Shown here: positions 12,599 to 26,165 of the stretch, one piece after another
How positions within the stretch are numbered: position 1 is the stretch's first letter
Layout of the letters: each line of letters begins with the position of its first letter
Source of the DNA: Spizellomyces punctatus DAOM BR117
Taxonomy: Eukaryota
Direction: 5' to 3' (one strand)
Assembly: GCA_000182565.2 (NCBI GenBank)
Contig: KQ257462.1
Length of the DNA stretch: 64,000 nucleotides
Notes under the pieces: model-generated
What the model was told of the DNA's origin: nothing
Seen by the model: the letters and a program-made list of their open reading frames with translations, nothing else
Databases searched by the model: none
Position numbers and translations under genes: made by a program

Positions 12599-12631
<33 letters not shown>
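12599..12631 (+). repeat. (GTC)11 microsatellite directly abutting the ATG at 12632
   Basis: Read directly from the sequence. Confidence 0.95.
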
Positions 12632-12632
<1 letters not shown>

Positions 12633-13493
12633 TGTCCCCAGCTACCTCAAACGGCCAAACGCTGTCCCCACCCATCATCCACTTGGTCCGTCATGCACAA
12701 GGATGGCACAACGTTGACGATGACAGCACCATCAAAGACCCCACGCTCACCCCCTCGGGCGAGAACCAAGCCCACACACTCGCAAGTCAGTTCCCCTACC
12801 ATGATCAGATCACGCATATTATCTGCTCCCCTATGAAGCGTACAATCCAGACCACTCTCCTGGGTTTCAAACCTGCTTTGGATAGAGGTGTTCAAGTCAC
12901 AGTTTTGCCTGAATTTCAGGAATGTGGTGATTGGCCTGCGGATACAGGAACAGATCGTTCCCTCCTGGAAAAGGAGTTTGGTCGACCTGGATGGGATTTT
13001 CGTGGCGTTGTCGATGGGTGGAATTCGAAATCTGGCAAATGGGCGTCAGATCATCCGAGTCTTGTGGCCAGAGCAAGAGAAGCACGAAGAATCCTGAAGT
13101 CCATCAAAGGCCAGCACATTGTCGTTGTGACGCATGGCGCAGTATGTACAGTACATCTCACGCTGTTGCTCAACCGAGAGTGTTTTTTTAAGAGGTGTTT
13201 CTGCCCTTTTTCAGTTTTTGCACTATCTAACCGAAGATTGGTCCGACTTCAAATCCGGTCATGGCAAGTGTTTGATACTGATTTGTTACGCTTATCCATA
13301 TTTCTCACCATTCTCACTTACAATAGGCACTGGCTATGCTAATGCTGAATATCGATCTTTTGCCTTTGTTCCGGGGACGAATGGCAATGATTCTATCGCT
13401 GAAATTGAAGAAAGTAGAATTCGTAGAACTGGAACCGAGCATGGCTTGGGTAAAGCAGAGACACGAGAATTGAAGGCTACCCATGTAATTTAG
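12632..13493 (+). CDS. Histidine phosphatase / phosphoglycerate mutase-like protein, 3 exons
   Basis: IHLVRHAQGWHN, DPTLTPSGENQA, ICSPMKRTIQT, PEFQE..DWPADTG and IVVVTHG motifs, then YANAEYRSF. Confidence 0.9.
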
Positions 13494-13560
13494 TAGGACT
13501 GTACACTTCCAGATTAGTGCTGTGGACATCTAAACCATCAATATTGTCACAGATAGATAA

Positions 13561-13702
13561 CATGTACCGTTTTTTATTTCAACTGCACGGCTTCATGTCC
13601 TGGGTGCTAACGAGCCGGGTGACGTTAGTCGTTAGCAAAACAGTTTGAACTGCATATGATGCAGATCCAACTGTTAGGGTATACAATTTAATGGCAACAT
13701 CT
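13561..13702 (+). repeat. Direct repeat copy 1 (partner at 15420-15567)
   Basis: Core 13603-13657 matches 15465-15519 at 50 of 55 nt; weaker similarity continues on both flanks. Confidence 0.85.
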
Positions 13703-14019
13703 TTACTGCTTCATTCTTTGTGCCATCGCTAACGACCTTGAATCACCTCATGGCAGAGATTTACAAACTCTAAGGAAAGGCTTCCGTAAAGTAACCAGAA
13801 TGAACCCCATCCCACTCACCGATGGGTCTTTCATTCTCCAGCGTTGGGGGCAGCCCGATCATGCTTCTTGTTCCCCAACCTTCTAGCAAGAATAAGAAAC
13901 GGTGCCATACTAATCCGTGTGTCTAACAATATTATTTTACCATCTAGTGCTATCATATCATCTACAATTAAAATGAACCCTTTGTTACAATGTCCAACCT
14001 CCAAACGCTGATGCAAAGA

Positions 14020-14440
14020 GGTCTACCCGATGTTGGCTAGAACTATCCTGAATTAGATTTTCGGGATTTTTTCCTTTGACCCTTTGTCATTGACCCCCCT
14101 CCTGGTTCTCGGTCGATTTCCTTTTCATCGTTTCCTGTATTTTCCTCTTCTTATTGCATGACCCTTTTCATCGTTTCCTGTATTTTCTTCTTCTTATTCA
14201 TTGACATCCCTCGTGGTCCTCAGTTGATTTCCTTTTGTTCGTTTCCTATACTCTGTTCTTCTCATTCATTGAAATCCTTCTGATTCATTGACCGCCCTCG
14301 TGGTCCTCTGTCGATGTCCTCGGTCCAAGGTCTACCAGATGTTGGCTATCCCGATTTGGACTTTCGAGTTTTTTTTTCCTTTGGCCCCTTCGTTTGACCC
14401 CCCTCGAGTTCCTCTGTCTCTTTTTGATTTCCTTTGTTAT
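14020..14440. repeat. Nested degenerate tandem repeats (about 310-bp period duplication with 40-70 bp subrepeats)
   Basis: ggtctacc(c/a)gatgttggcta at 14020 and 14329; ccttttcatcgtttcctgtattttc at about 14120 and 14163; ccctcgtggtcctc at about 14208 and 14295. Confidence 0.8.
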
Positions 14441-15419
14441 GGTCGATGCCGCCATGGAATGATTGAAACGATGTGATGATTGGAAAATCAGCTAATGGGT
14501 TGGGCGTGGCACTGGTTAGGGTTCTGATTCATTGACACATCTCTTTGAATTGCCGTTCGCCGTTCTTCCTCCTTCTGATTCATTGGCATACTGAGTTTTC
14601 TTCTTTTGATTCCTTGACACATGCGGTGGGATTTTCTGCGCGTGGGAGTGTTGGCTCGATGTGGGCAAAAGATGAATTAGTTGATTCGCCATCCACATAA
14701 GCGAATGCCCCTTGCACGAAATAGCTTGCTAAATCCAAAGTAATCCATTGCGGCCACCCATCCTGGTAACAGTAGGTGCATATGCATGCACGCAATATCG
14801 CGTTTCCTTTGACTTTTGCTGAAACGACATTTGCAGCGCTGATCGTCGTGTCTTTTTGCAGTTTCGTACTCTCAATCCGTTTCTCCAATCTGGCCTTCTC
14901 ACTCGGCTTTTCACTCGGCTGTTCACCACGTTCAACAAAACTCAATACAACAGGCTCAGCTTTTTCGCGCTTGCATCTCGTCATTCGCTCGATAATCTCT
15001 CTTGTTTTAGTTCATTCATTGAAATCCTACACTAAACTATCCAGTCGTTGTTGCATTTCTTCAACATCAGTCTTTGTGTGATCCCCATATTGGAGATCTC
15101 TGCCCAGAGTCGATGACGTTTGCGGTCGTTCCCTGAGCCTTCATACGAGGCTGCAAATAACACAGCTGCCACCCCTGCCAACGTAGCTCAGGAGAAAGGC
15201 AAGCTAGCCAGTCACTTGTATATTCGGTCATCAACACATATCCAACATTCGTGATACTATTTTGGCAACGAACATGTACCCTTGCCAATAAAGCAAAACA
15301 TCGCTGTGGGTGGGGTGATACGATACATCCGAAATCGCCCCGTTCGGATATGTGCGCCGTCACTGATGGGTAGTAGGATTGTCGTAATCCATAATGTACT
15401 GTCAGTAGGGATTCGATAC

Positions 15420-15567
15420 CATGTACCGTCTTTATTTATACCGTAGTACGCTCTTTCAGGTCCCGGTGCTAACGAGCCGGTTGACTTTAGTCGTAAGCAA
15501 AACAGGTTGAACTGCGTATTGCAAGTCTCTAGCACTTCAGCTGGGGTCCAAATTTACATCAACATCT
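15420..15567 (+). repeat. Direct repeat copy 2, in the 3' flank of CFT1
   Basis: See copy 1; ends about 37 bp from the CFT1 stop codon. Confidence 0.85.
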
Positions 15568-15603
15568 GCGCAAAGTGAAGCCTCAGCTACCAAATACATC
15601 ATC

Positions 15604-18600
15604 CTAAAAATAATCTACCCCGCTAACCCCTTCCAATAAATCATCCAAGATCCTCTCCGAAACAGATCCAATCCCCTTCGCCAACTCCTTCTGCTGACTG
15701 ACTGATAAACAAGCGTACTGATAAAGCAGCTCGCCATCCAGTACCAGCCGTGGTCCTGGAGGACCTGTCATTGGGGTCGCGGTTGCGGCTGTTGTAGGGC
15801 GGGATTGAAGGGGCACTTGACTGCATGTAATAGGATATTAGAAGAAATGACGAATTTGAGAATTTGAAGTTACAAATATCATACCGGAACCCGCGCGGAT
15901 TGAGGCCAGCGGGGTGCTGCAGATTGTTCACCATTTTCGAGTAAAGCCCATACAGACGTTTGTATAGCTTCTCGGAAACAGGTAACAGCAATGCAAGACC
16001 ACCTTCCAGGGTACCTTTTAACCAGACCAAGAATCAGTGGCAGTACGTCATAATAGATCAATCTCGCCGCACTCACCAGTTAAACAAACTTGTTGCCGAG
16101 GTATCGTATTCGACCCTTTACGAGAAGATGACATGCGCTGCAAGCGGACAATCTTGCTGACATGTTGTCCAGCATGGAAATCGCCTCTACGAATCAATTT
16201 TTGTCCGCTAGATGATTGTATATCTGTTCAACGGACGTAAGCAAGTGAATCTACAAGCACGTACAACCAAGCAGTCAACGAGGGACGCTACATACGATAT
16301 GGAGAATATGTCATAACATGCACATTTGATTCCCCATCGCCAACAATAAAGGCAAGGGACGAGTCGTCGACCATGAATTCGCAGCCATATACATTGAGGG
16401 AGTGATAATCCTTTCCCAATAGCGCGAGCTTTGGGGGCTCCTCCTATGATGTAGACAAAAATCTTGGTTAAAATGATCGAATTGCCTGTTAACATATCAA
16501 ACTGATTTGCGCACCTGGAATCCCAAGAACCACACGCTCTTCATGATATCCCCAACCAGAATGAGATTTTTTATAGCGCAAACGCTATTGACATACATGT
16601 TGACGTCAATGAATGCCACACCAGTCAGGCTTTCCGAATCGTCGAATGTGTGAATAATGATCTAAAACCAACGTAAAGGAAATGGAAGGTTACTTATGTC
16701 AGTCATGTATTAACCTACCGCCTTGCTCGGCCTTCATTCCTTCCCAATATGTTCTCTGTGCAACTATAGGTGAACGACCATCATCAAAAGGCACCGTCCC
16801 CTATCTTCCACAGTAGTTGATCTTCCAACCAACTTAGAGGATAACAGCCATCGAAAAACATAGTTTCCCGTTTCGGATTGGGTATCTTCCCCGTATCTAC
16901 GCTCCTCCATATGCAAATCATCGGTGAACATACCTTCGTGCCAATCGCCGCAAGCAAATATCCTCCAACATTACAAAGGGCTGTCACCGGACCCTTTTCT
17001 TCGTTTACAAATAATTGTTTAAAACGATGGTTGGTTTGAGGGTTGTCAGGTTCGGGAACGATGTCAATAATATCGTAAATGAATATCTAGGCGTTTCACA
17101 AACGTTCATCTTCGATTCTACCATCAGACAAACTGCAAGTACTGAACTCACCCTTCCTCGCGTCGCCAAGTCCTCCCCACGCACAGTTCCTGTGCCGACA
17201 GCGATGAATAATTTACGTCCAGAAGTGGTTTGCTTGCTTTCCAGTTCAATAGCTTGGATGGCAAGGATGTGCTCGTATTCGTCCATTGTGACTCTGGAAA
17301 TAGGAGCGGCTCTGTTACGTCCGTGCCCAGCGAATAGTATCCAAAAAAGGCGACTTACACGTCCACTGTTTCCCAAGTTACAGGAGAGACCAGTTCCATG
17401 CTGTACGAGCTGACCTGCGGCCAATACATCCCCGCATCTACCCCCATGAATGAGATTATTCGAAAAATCATCCATCAATTTCCATTAGTAACTATAAACA
17501 TACCTCTATCTTCATCCTTGACGCCGAAATTCCTCTTCGTATGCTCAGACTCTGGTAACTCATCACCGGCTTCGATAACACCAGCAGCCACCGCGGCAGC
17601 ATGCTGCGCCTTGGACAAAACAAAGGGAACCGGTACTGATGTCGCCATGACATAGGTCTGCGACGTGTGGTGATAGGTAAGTTTCTGTGGTGTTCGACGG
17701 AGAGGAACTTTGCAGTAGGGCCAGTCGGCATCGTATGTAAAATGGGCAGGGAGTTGACAGATGCGCATGGAGCCCTAGATCAAATATATTGGTTGACTAT
17801 GTCGAATACACTCAAAAGACAAACGTCAAAGACGCGGCGCTCGAAAACTTACCTGTCGAGTAACATATAAAAATCCATGTGGAACATTCACATTGTGTAA
17901 TCTCGTGAACCCAACCACCTCCCCATCCACCATCTGGGGATGAACTCTCACCACATTTTTGCCAGAAACAGCCATGGGCGGTTCAAGAACTGCTTGCAAA
18001 CCCTGCACAACGTCAAACTGCGGCCCCACTCCGCCAGTCTCGGCAACCATAATCCAACATGGTCTTGGCCCGGACATGAAGACGCCAGAATACATCAAAC
18101 TCCCTTCTAGTCCAATTTTGTTGAAAGGTTTCAGATACCGTCTTCGGCGGGTGGACGACTTCTCGGGGTATTGATGTACAGGGTGGAGTTTGTCGCCTTC
18201 AGTGTCGGCATAAAGTTTGGGTTCCCGCGATATATGATCGTGCGAGACACGGACGAAACGGATGGCCAGTCGGTGGGATCGGGAACTGTACAGGACGTCT
18301 CGGGAGTGTGTATTTGATGGGTTAGGGGTAGCAAGCGCATTGCCTAAGGCAGTGGCAGGAGTTTCGATATCATCATCCGGAATGTGAAGGAATGCTTTAT
18401 AGATGATAAGATCGGATTCTTCTGTTCGGCTCTGCCACAGATACAAGCCAATTAGCCATACTTAAGGTAAAGTATTCCAAGCAAATTCCTTACAATAAAG
18501 TATGGATGTTTATGTTTCTTATCTCTTCCTAGATTAATCATCAAAATCTCCTCGAATTTGACGGCAGGTCGTCGACTTTGTCCATTGCCGTGTGGATCGA

Positions 18601-21600
18601 CATGAGGATGATCGTATATCAAACTCGGAAGAAGATCAAACTGCGGAACAAAGTAGCATTGCTCAAAATCTGGAACGCGGAAGATCTGCAGAAAACATAA
18701 ATAAAATAATTATTCAATGTTCCGTGAACGGCAATATCTTCATAGACTCCTACTCACCTCCAGGGCACCGTCCTCTCTGAAAACGATGCACCAGATACGT
18801 CGTTCTGGAACCGACGGCTGACCGTCCTCATCGACGCGGCTGACATTTTCTTCGTTAACTTCAGCGGGTTCAGGAGCTTGATCTGGCGTGTCATCCCGAC
18901 GAAATGTATCACCGTTTGCATCAAGCTGCATACCATCCTCTTGTACAACAGTCTTTTCTTCGACATTCCCTTCCGCCTCACTCTCGCTATCATCGGCTAT
19001 CTCCGCCCCGTAGATATCGTCATGCTCTCCGTATAAATCCAAGTCCAATCCGCTGTTCAAGTCTTCCGCGACACGCTTTCGCTTCTTTGTTTTCTTCTTG
19101 GGAAGCTTTAGCTTGGCAACTGGATTGTACTGGGATACTGGTGTGGCTTTAGCAGCGGCAGTAACGGATTTGGCTGCTTCGCTAATAGTAGGAAGCAAAC
19201 TCCCGCTGGTATCATCGCAATACAAGCAAGCCGCAGTAATGCCAATATCCTACATCATTACCCTGTTATTGGCCACGCCACGCGCGGAGAGTCCTACGAC
19301 GGACACAAGTTGATTCATACCTTGAGCTCTTGACACATCTGCAAGTCTCTGGTGTGAGGATCCATCACAAAAAGCATCACTTCTCCAACGTTCATTAGGA
19401 CCAGGACGTAAGGGTCCACGATGCTACACGCCACGATCCAACGATCATCCTCGCTAATTGGGATTTCTTGTGTTCTCGTACCATCTGGTAACGCGTTATC
19501 GTCAAACACGGACATCTTATTGGATCGAGGGAATATCACCTACCTGAATCCAACACGATAATTCCACGAGGATGAACCTGAACTGTTGCAGTTTCATCTA
19601 AAAGGCTACCTACACCTACCGTAGGTCCCTCTCTGAAAAACCCTTTTCCTTCCACTTCGGCAAACTCTTCGCCAGTCTCTAATATCTGTACCCAAAGACA
19701 GAGTCAAGAAGGAAACATTGAACGTCTAAAGAAAAATGTTCATACCATGGTCTGGTCCTCTTTGGATAGAACTAGGAACTTGTCAAAAGCTTCTTTTACC
19801 ACAGGTGCGCCGTTCTCCTCAACAGTCTCCAGCTTCTCTATCAGGGAAGCATCCGCCACGTCAACAGATTCTCTTCTCTGCTCATTCACTGAGGTACACC
19901 GAACGGACCATACATCCGTTATCCCCGGCATCTCAAATGTGGAAATAATCTGTGGGCGGATGTTACGCTGAAGAATACCCAAAGCCCCGCTGAACCCTTC
20001 TCCAGCACATGTTACGACCTCAAGTGAGGTCCGGGGGTTATCGGGTGAGAAGGCGTGGGAGGAGTATTGGGTCGGTTCGCCAACGACGAGGTCTTTGATC
20101 GGGCCGGTGCAGATGAGGGAGTCGCAGATACGGAAAGTGTATCGGGATTTTGGGGATCGGGTGCTGGCAGATTTCGTTCGTGTTGTGGACGAGGATGATG
20201 TAACTGCAAGCTGTTGAGGCGATACTCCAAAGATATCTTCATCGATCGCCAATTCCATGGATGCGGCAATCCCTGTCTCTTCTCCGCTTGGCTCAGGAGA
20301 GATTGAGACAGCATCGTCATCCTCTTCATTTGCAACCACATCGGCTTCCGTAAACTGGATAAGCATCGCATCGGCAACTCGAGACCCAACAAAGAGGTAT
20401 CCGAAGTTGCTAACACCATCATCATTCTCAAATGTCCCTCCAATCTCTCGAAAGTTCTTCAAGACTCGTATCAGCGGCCTCCCCTGTGCATCCACATTAC
20501 CGATTCGTGTCCCGCAAGATGGCATGATCGTACGCAAGCCCACGCGGGTTACATTAAAGCTTTTAACGCCCCCCTTCCGTCTTTTCCATCCACGTCCAAC
20601 GTCCTCTCCACCTTCCATGTCAACCAGCACAAGCTCGCCGCTTCGCAAGACCAAAAGCAAGGTATCGGGGTTCAAAAAGTACGGAACGCACGCTTCGAGT
20701 GATATTCCCAAAGATTTATGATCGGAGAAATGGGCCGAGTCATAAAGCGGGTTCTTTGTTTCAAAACTATGACCAATGGACTCCATGCTTGGAGGTGCTG
20801 GAAAGTTGGATTCCATGCCGTAGTAGCTATTCACTGCACATGCTACCCCAGGAACGGAGGTTTGGTCTACGTGGATAAGCGCATTTGGGGAAAGGACTAC
20901 CAAACCTCCAACCGGTGGAGGGACAGGGATTAGACTAGTGGCATTGTACGGTAAGTGGTCCACCTTGAATAGAACGGGATAGCTTCGTTGCGTGATGTCG
21001 AGGGAAACGACAATGAGAGATTTGGTGTCCTTTCGTGCAGCCAGACGTCTGTAACGTAATCGCGGATGAGATTCGTACAGGACTCCCGAATAGGGTTTCT
21101 GGCACTCACCCGGTCCAGGTTTGTATGGGCTCATAAAGGATGGCTAGTGTCGGCTCGAAAAACCCGTACAAGAACGCGACGTCAACCACATTCCGAACTT
21201 TTGAATCAATAGCGGAAAAAGGTATCACGAAACTGGAATGGAATGGGTACTTGCTGCAACAAGGATGAGAACATGGTGGAGGTGTGGATTTGAGCTGGTG
21301 ACTAGCAGCCTACGAAAAAATGTTTCTGCAGCTGACCTGGACGTATCGTCAGCGTCGTTAACCTGGACGCCAGTATCCTGCTTAAAAGGCAATATAGCCA
21401 GACGGTCGTTATAAAAGCGGAGGACAGCGCATCGATTTTCGGGATCAATACGAATTTCCGGCTTGAACTTATTTGTGACGCTCTCTTTCTGTTCATACGC
21501 AGACCTATTAGATGCGAATTCGCTAGGCATATAAAAACAACATGATGAAAACCTTGAACTCCTCACGCTCGTAGTAATGGATTGATACTGTGACGATATT

Positions 21601-22341
21601 GTGTGTTGCCGCTGAGTATTCTATTAACGACATCTTTTTGCCAGCTTGTCAACATACGGTCTGACATGAATGTGATGCAACCATCCATGCAACACATGCG
21701 ACCAACTTTTCTTACCTTTGCATCTTTGAAGCTCAACAATAAGCTATCCATTCCCAACAACCCAACAGAAGTCGACGTTCGAACCACTCCGATCGACGTC
21801 ACATTTCCATGTAATCGAAACTGTGCATGAAGCTCCAACTTGGCAACTTTGCGGGGATGATTGCATCGTTGCGGTTCCGGGATAGGTTTGAGTTTGGGAA
21901 AGGGGAGATTCTGCAAGTCGTTTGTTTATACCATGTTTGAAAGAGTATTATGTCGTTCAGCCATTTTTGAATTAAAAACAAACAAGGGCGCAAGAGACCG
22001 CAGACAGATATCGGTGTTTTATTCACTTTTATTTTTTTCACATACACACGAGGTCCATTTGTTCTCGCAAAAGTGCCATGCAGGCACCACTATATCCACC
22101 ATCTCGAAAGCAGAAAACAGAATCCTACCTGATCCTCCTCCTCTTCTTTCTCCTTTGCCAACTGCTGTCGCACTACTTCCGTATCAGCAACATCGTCCTC
22201 TACAACATTGTACACTTGCAACAGCGATCCCCGGGAAACAATCAAGTTTACCGCGTTGGGAGCTGTAAACTGGGCCTCGACGCAAGTCTCAATGGATGTT
22301 GGAGGCAATAGTTCCTTGTAGAGGCTGTAGACAGAAGACAT
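15604..22341 (-). CDS. CFT1: Cleavage and polyadenylation specificity factor subunit 1 (CPSF160/Cft1), multi-exon
   Basis: N-terminus YSLYKELLPPTSIE...FTAPNAVNLIV; DSLLLSFKDAK, RIDPENRCA, YLFVGSRVADAML, ELESKQTTSGRKLFIAVGT...GEDLATRG, GLNPRGFR; C-terminus LDGELLYQY...ILDDLL. Confidence 0.95.
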
Positions 22342-22756
22342 TGTTGGGCGGGAAGGTGGTTCCGTAAGCGAGGTTACGTTTGGTAATGGGGCATGCTGTC
22401 AAATGTATGGAGAGCGCTTTGAAGCATTGATCTAAGACGTTTGCAGATGAGCGAGCAACCTTTGTTGCCATGCCAACAACACGTCACTCTGCCTCTCTCA
22501 GTCCTCCTTGGCTGCCTCTCCGTTTACCCCCAACAAGTGCTACTGGAAGAATCTTTACGCCAATTACCACTTATATACGTGCTTGCGCACTCCCAACAGT
22601 CACCTCTCACTGACCCATCATCAAACTGCTAAACTGTGAAGCATTCCGTGCTGTGTTGTGCCATGCTGTGCTGTTGAGCAGCTCCGCGAAATGAGGCGCG
22701 ATTTCACTCCCTGATCATTACAACAACATGGGTTTCACCTGTCGTACAATTTATAT

Positions 22757-22829
22757 GCCCGGTTAGCTCAATCGGTAGAGCGTGAGGCTCTTAACCTCAA
22801 GGTTGCGGGTTCGACCCCCGCATCGGGCT
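22757..22829 (+). tRNA. tRNA-Lys(CTT)
   Basis: Cloverleaf GCCCGGT...ATCGGGC-T; anticodon arm TGAGG-CTCTTAA-CCTCA; T-loop TTCGACC; T6 terminator at about 22851. Confidence 0.97.
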
Positions 22830-23394
22830 CTAGCGGGGGCAACGCGAAAGTTTTTTCGACAGATGGCGTGGTGCTTCTACTCACAACAATATCGTTTCTT
22901 CAGTTGTCAGTGTCCGCTTAGCTTTTGCTGGGCGTCATGAACCCATTTGCGATTTATTTTCTTGAGGGCTGCTCGTTTGAGGATGTGTCATTATCCTGGT
23001 CGCTTATTGTAAAGGTTTGCATACATTATTTTGAAAATGAATTACGCTTTGGGAGGCATCCTTGGCTTTGGAAGCACTCGTTTACTGCCATTTTATGCGG
23101 TATTCGTTCTGCCCATCCAGCAGGAGCGCAATCTTGTCCCAGAGTCTTTTGTGCATTAAAGACAAGTTTCCATTCTTGCCAGACAGCGCTAGTGTCGATG
23201 CTTGATTGCTCATAGTAAAACACTTTCAACCACAAGTTCTCGGGTATTTTAGCAAGTTTTTATTTTGAATATAATGTACACGATCCAATGGTCAAATCTG
23301 ACCCAGATCAAAAAGCGGAAGCAAACCAAACCAAAATCTACAAAGCAACAAACCACAAGAAAAAGGCCAGCCCTCTACATTATTCTTTTTTTTT

Positions 23395-24822
23395 CTATTC
23401 CTCTTCCTCCAACAAAAACGAGCTGGCCTGGGGGTATCCACAACCTCTAAATTCCCACTCTTCACCACTTCCAGTTTTGACGACGCTTCTGACCACTTTG
23501 GCAGCCTTCAGATACGCACCACTCTTTTCACCATAAAGGTCTTCAAACATTTTCAAAGCGGCACAAGCCTCCATGACATGGACATCATCGTCCAAATGAG
23601 CGGGAGCGCCACAGAGGGCGTGCCATTCGCGGGCCATGAGGGCAGGAGTAGAAGGCAACGTCGGGGATCCGACGGGCGGAGAAGTAGAGAGCGGTTCCAT
23701 GTCCATAGAGTCAAAGTAGGCGGTTTCGAGGCGGTCTGGGTGGAGGTTTGGGCGACCTTGGGAGACGTAGAGAGCTAATAAGACGAGGAGGAATCTGCGG
23801 AGAAGGTGAATTTGATCTTTTTGGGTCGGGAGGAAGGCGAGGGTGGTATGAAGGTATTTACAGGCGATAAGACCTTGCATTAGGGGAAAGTCGAGTTGTT
23901 GAGGAAATACATGCCCAGTTGTGACGGCAACCAACACAACAGCGTTGGTGAGCTCTTCAAGAGCTGCACGAATAGAGTGCTCGTTTTCCTCAATTTTCCA
24001 TTCAGAGACGAGTTCGGCAAGGTCTTGGCCCAATTTGCTGCCGACGGCCTTGCGGACTCGTTTGTGAAACTCTAGTTGACCCCAGTGGGGATGAATCTGT
24101 TCGGGGTCAAAGCGAACATCTTCACGGGCGTCCTGGAGGATTTCGAGAACATTTGCCGTGTCGTCGTCGTCAACGGTTGGGGGGAGAGAGTCGATGATGG
24201 GTGTGTAGGTGTAGGCCCAGTAGGCGAGACCTTGAGCAATGACAAAAGGGTGTTGGAATTCGAGACCGAGGCCGAGGTGGACAAGAGGGTGGAAACAGTC
24301 ATTGCCGAGACCGCGAACAAGAGTGGGGAGATAGGTGGCGATGGTAGGTTTGATTCCGTTGGTTTCGATTTCCGTCAGAAAGAATTGGGTGTACGCAGTG
24401 TAATGGGTCTGTCCTTTGCCGAGATATTCGGTCCAATTGTCCGCCGTGATTTTGACAGTGACCGGACCAGCCGGGTCAAGCATTTTGGATTCGAGGTCGT
24501 AGCGCTCCTTCATGACCGTCTCGCTCGCTAGTGATCGTAATTATGAGTCATTGTCCACACAGACATTGAACTAAGAGTAAGTCATTGCCTTACCATTGAT
24601 TTTGTAAAAGCTCAACAAGGCATGCACAGCATAGTTGGGCTGGTACTCTTTGGTATGACGGTTCAAGACCTCGACATGGTGACTGGCAAAATCCTTGGCC
24701 AGAAGCTGCTCAACAACGTTCCAGCGCTCCCTGTCGGCCTCCACATTGAACGCAGGCACAATGCGGAGGTGAGACGGGACAGCAAGCGTGGCGCCGTTGT
24801 TGGGGAGAGTTGTCACAGGCAT
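23395..24822 (-). CDS. DUF4243 / questin oxidase (AflY/HypA-like) family protein, 2 exons
   Basis: ITADNWTEYLGK, FFLTEI, FHPLVHLGLGLEFQHPFVIAQGLA, LDFPLMQ, LYVSQGRP and DDVH motifs; ATG 24822. Confidence 0.8.
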
Positions 24823-26081
24823 CTTTGGCAATATTTTATTGAAATGTGAAGAATGAGATGTGGGTGGTGGGTGATAATTGCTTTTTGCAAAAAAAAAGCG
24901 AGTTGTCTGGATGTCGTTTTGATAAAACAAAAAAGTAGAACAATGGGGGGGAATTGACAGCTCCTCCCATCCTTTTTATATTCCCCCAATCCCCCCCACC
25001 CACAAAAGTGCTCAACCTTAGTCGGTCTGACACACACACATCACAAACCCTTTTTTCATTGAAATCCAACACGGAAATTTCAAGGGCATTTTGGACAGGA
25101 AGCGCGCGACATTTGGGCACACACACACCGCGACACACTCACACACAACACACACACATAGGCATATTGCAAAAAGGAAAACAACAAAAACCAAAACGCG
25201 ATAACCCTTTTCAACCATCTCTCTCTCCCTATAGGTCAAAAACGGCTGAGACCCATTTGCGTTTATTGACAAGTAGGAGAGAGGAGAGGTCTCGTGGTGT
25301 GTTGGGTTTGGAAGGTTGCAACAAAGGGCAAGATCAAGAAGAAAAAAAGGGTCATGAGAGCAAAAAGAAGGAACCCAAATCGCCACCCCATTCAGCCATA
25401 AAAAGTCGCGCAACACACTCACAAAAGCAAGTAATACGCGGAAATGCGGCGTTGACAAAGCTCACGAGACGCGACACGGATAACCCACTGAGTCAAACAA
25501 ACTACAAAATGGGACCATATGACTCGCATTTTATATTGCAACTATTCAGAGTGACTTGAAATTGTTTCGCTTCTAAAGAGTGTTTTGTTAATAGCAACAG
25601 TTTAAAACCATTTGACATTTGTTGCCAAGCACCTTTTCCACCTTGAAACCTTTTTAAAAAGTTTTAATATGTAAACGCATAATCAAAAACTTGTTAACGA
25701 ACAGCTCAAGCCGCATTGGAGCATCAGCATGGGTGGCGGATCATTCCCTGTTGGACATTTTGTGGTTGTCCCCTTTTCTTGTGTACCTTTACGCAGCAAG
25801 CCCTTTTTTTTTTCTTAAACAGGCGTTCATCCATACCCAGCAGAGCAAAAGTCGTGTGATCAATTGAAACGCCTGGTTTCTGATTCAAGAAGGTTTGGAA
25901 ATGCGCGATTTGAAAGGAAGGTGGTGGAGGGTTCGATTCCCTTTTGCACACAAGGTGGTTGTGGACATCTCACTTTTCTCTGGATCATTGACTTTGATAC
26001 CGTAAGAATGGAGAGGATCGTTTAATGGTTGACCATGCTAAAATGCTCTATTTGGTGTGGATAGATCTGCATGCATACCGG

Positions 26082-26165
26082 CAAGGAGGATCGACAAAGG
26101 ACACTTTCATGGGTGTGCGATACATACAAGGAGGATCGACAAAGGACACTTTCATGGGTGTGCGA
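26082..26165 (+). repeat. Tandem duplication, 45-bp period (39 nt identical)
   Basis: caaggaggatcgacaaaggacactttcatgggtgtgcga at 26082 and 26127. Confidence 0.95.

Noticed and set aside
13600-13640. Hairpin as a SECIS element or Helitron end
   Set aside because: No ATGA/GA quartet, no in-frame TGA in neighbouring genes and no terminal CTRR at the expected distance.
24954-25559. 201-aa ORF and similar ORFs at 61464-63660
   Set aside because: Translations of CA/TG and homopolymer repeats with no protein-like composition.
26082-26165. 39-nt repeat pair as a mini CRISPR
   Set aside because: Only two copies, a 6-nt gap, no cas genes and a eukaryotic context; it is a simple tandem duplication.
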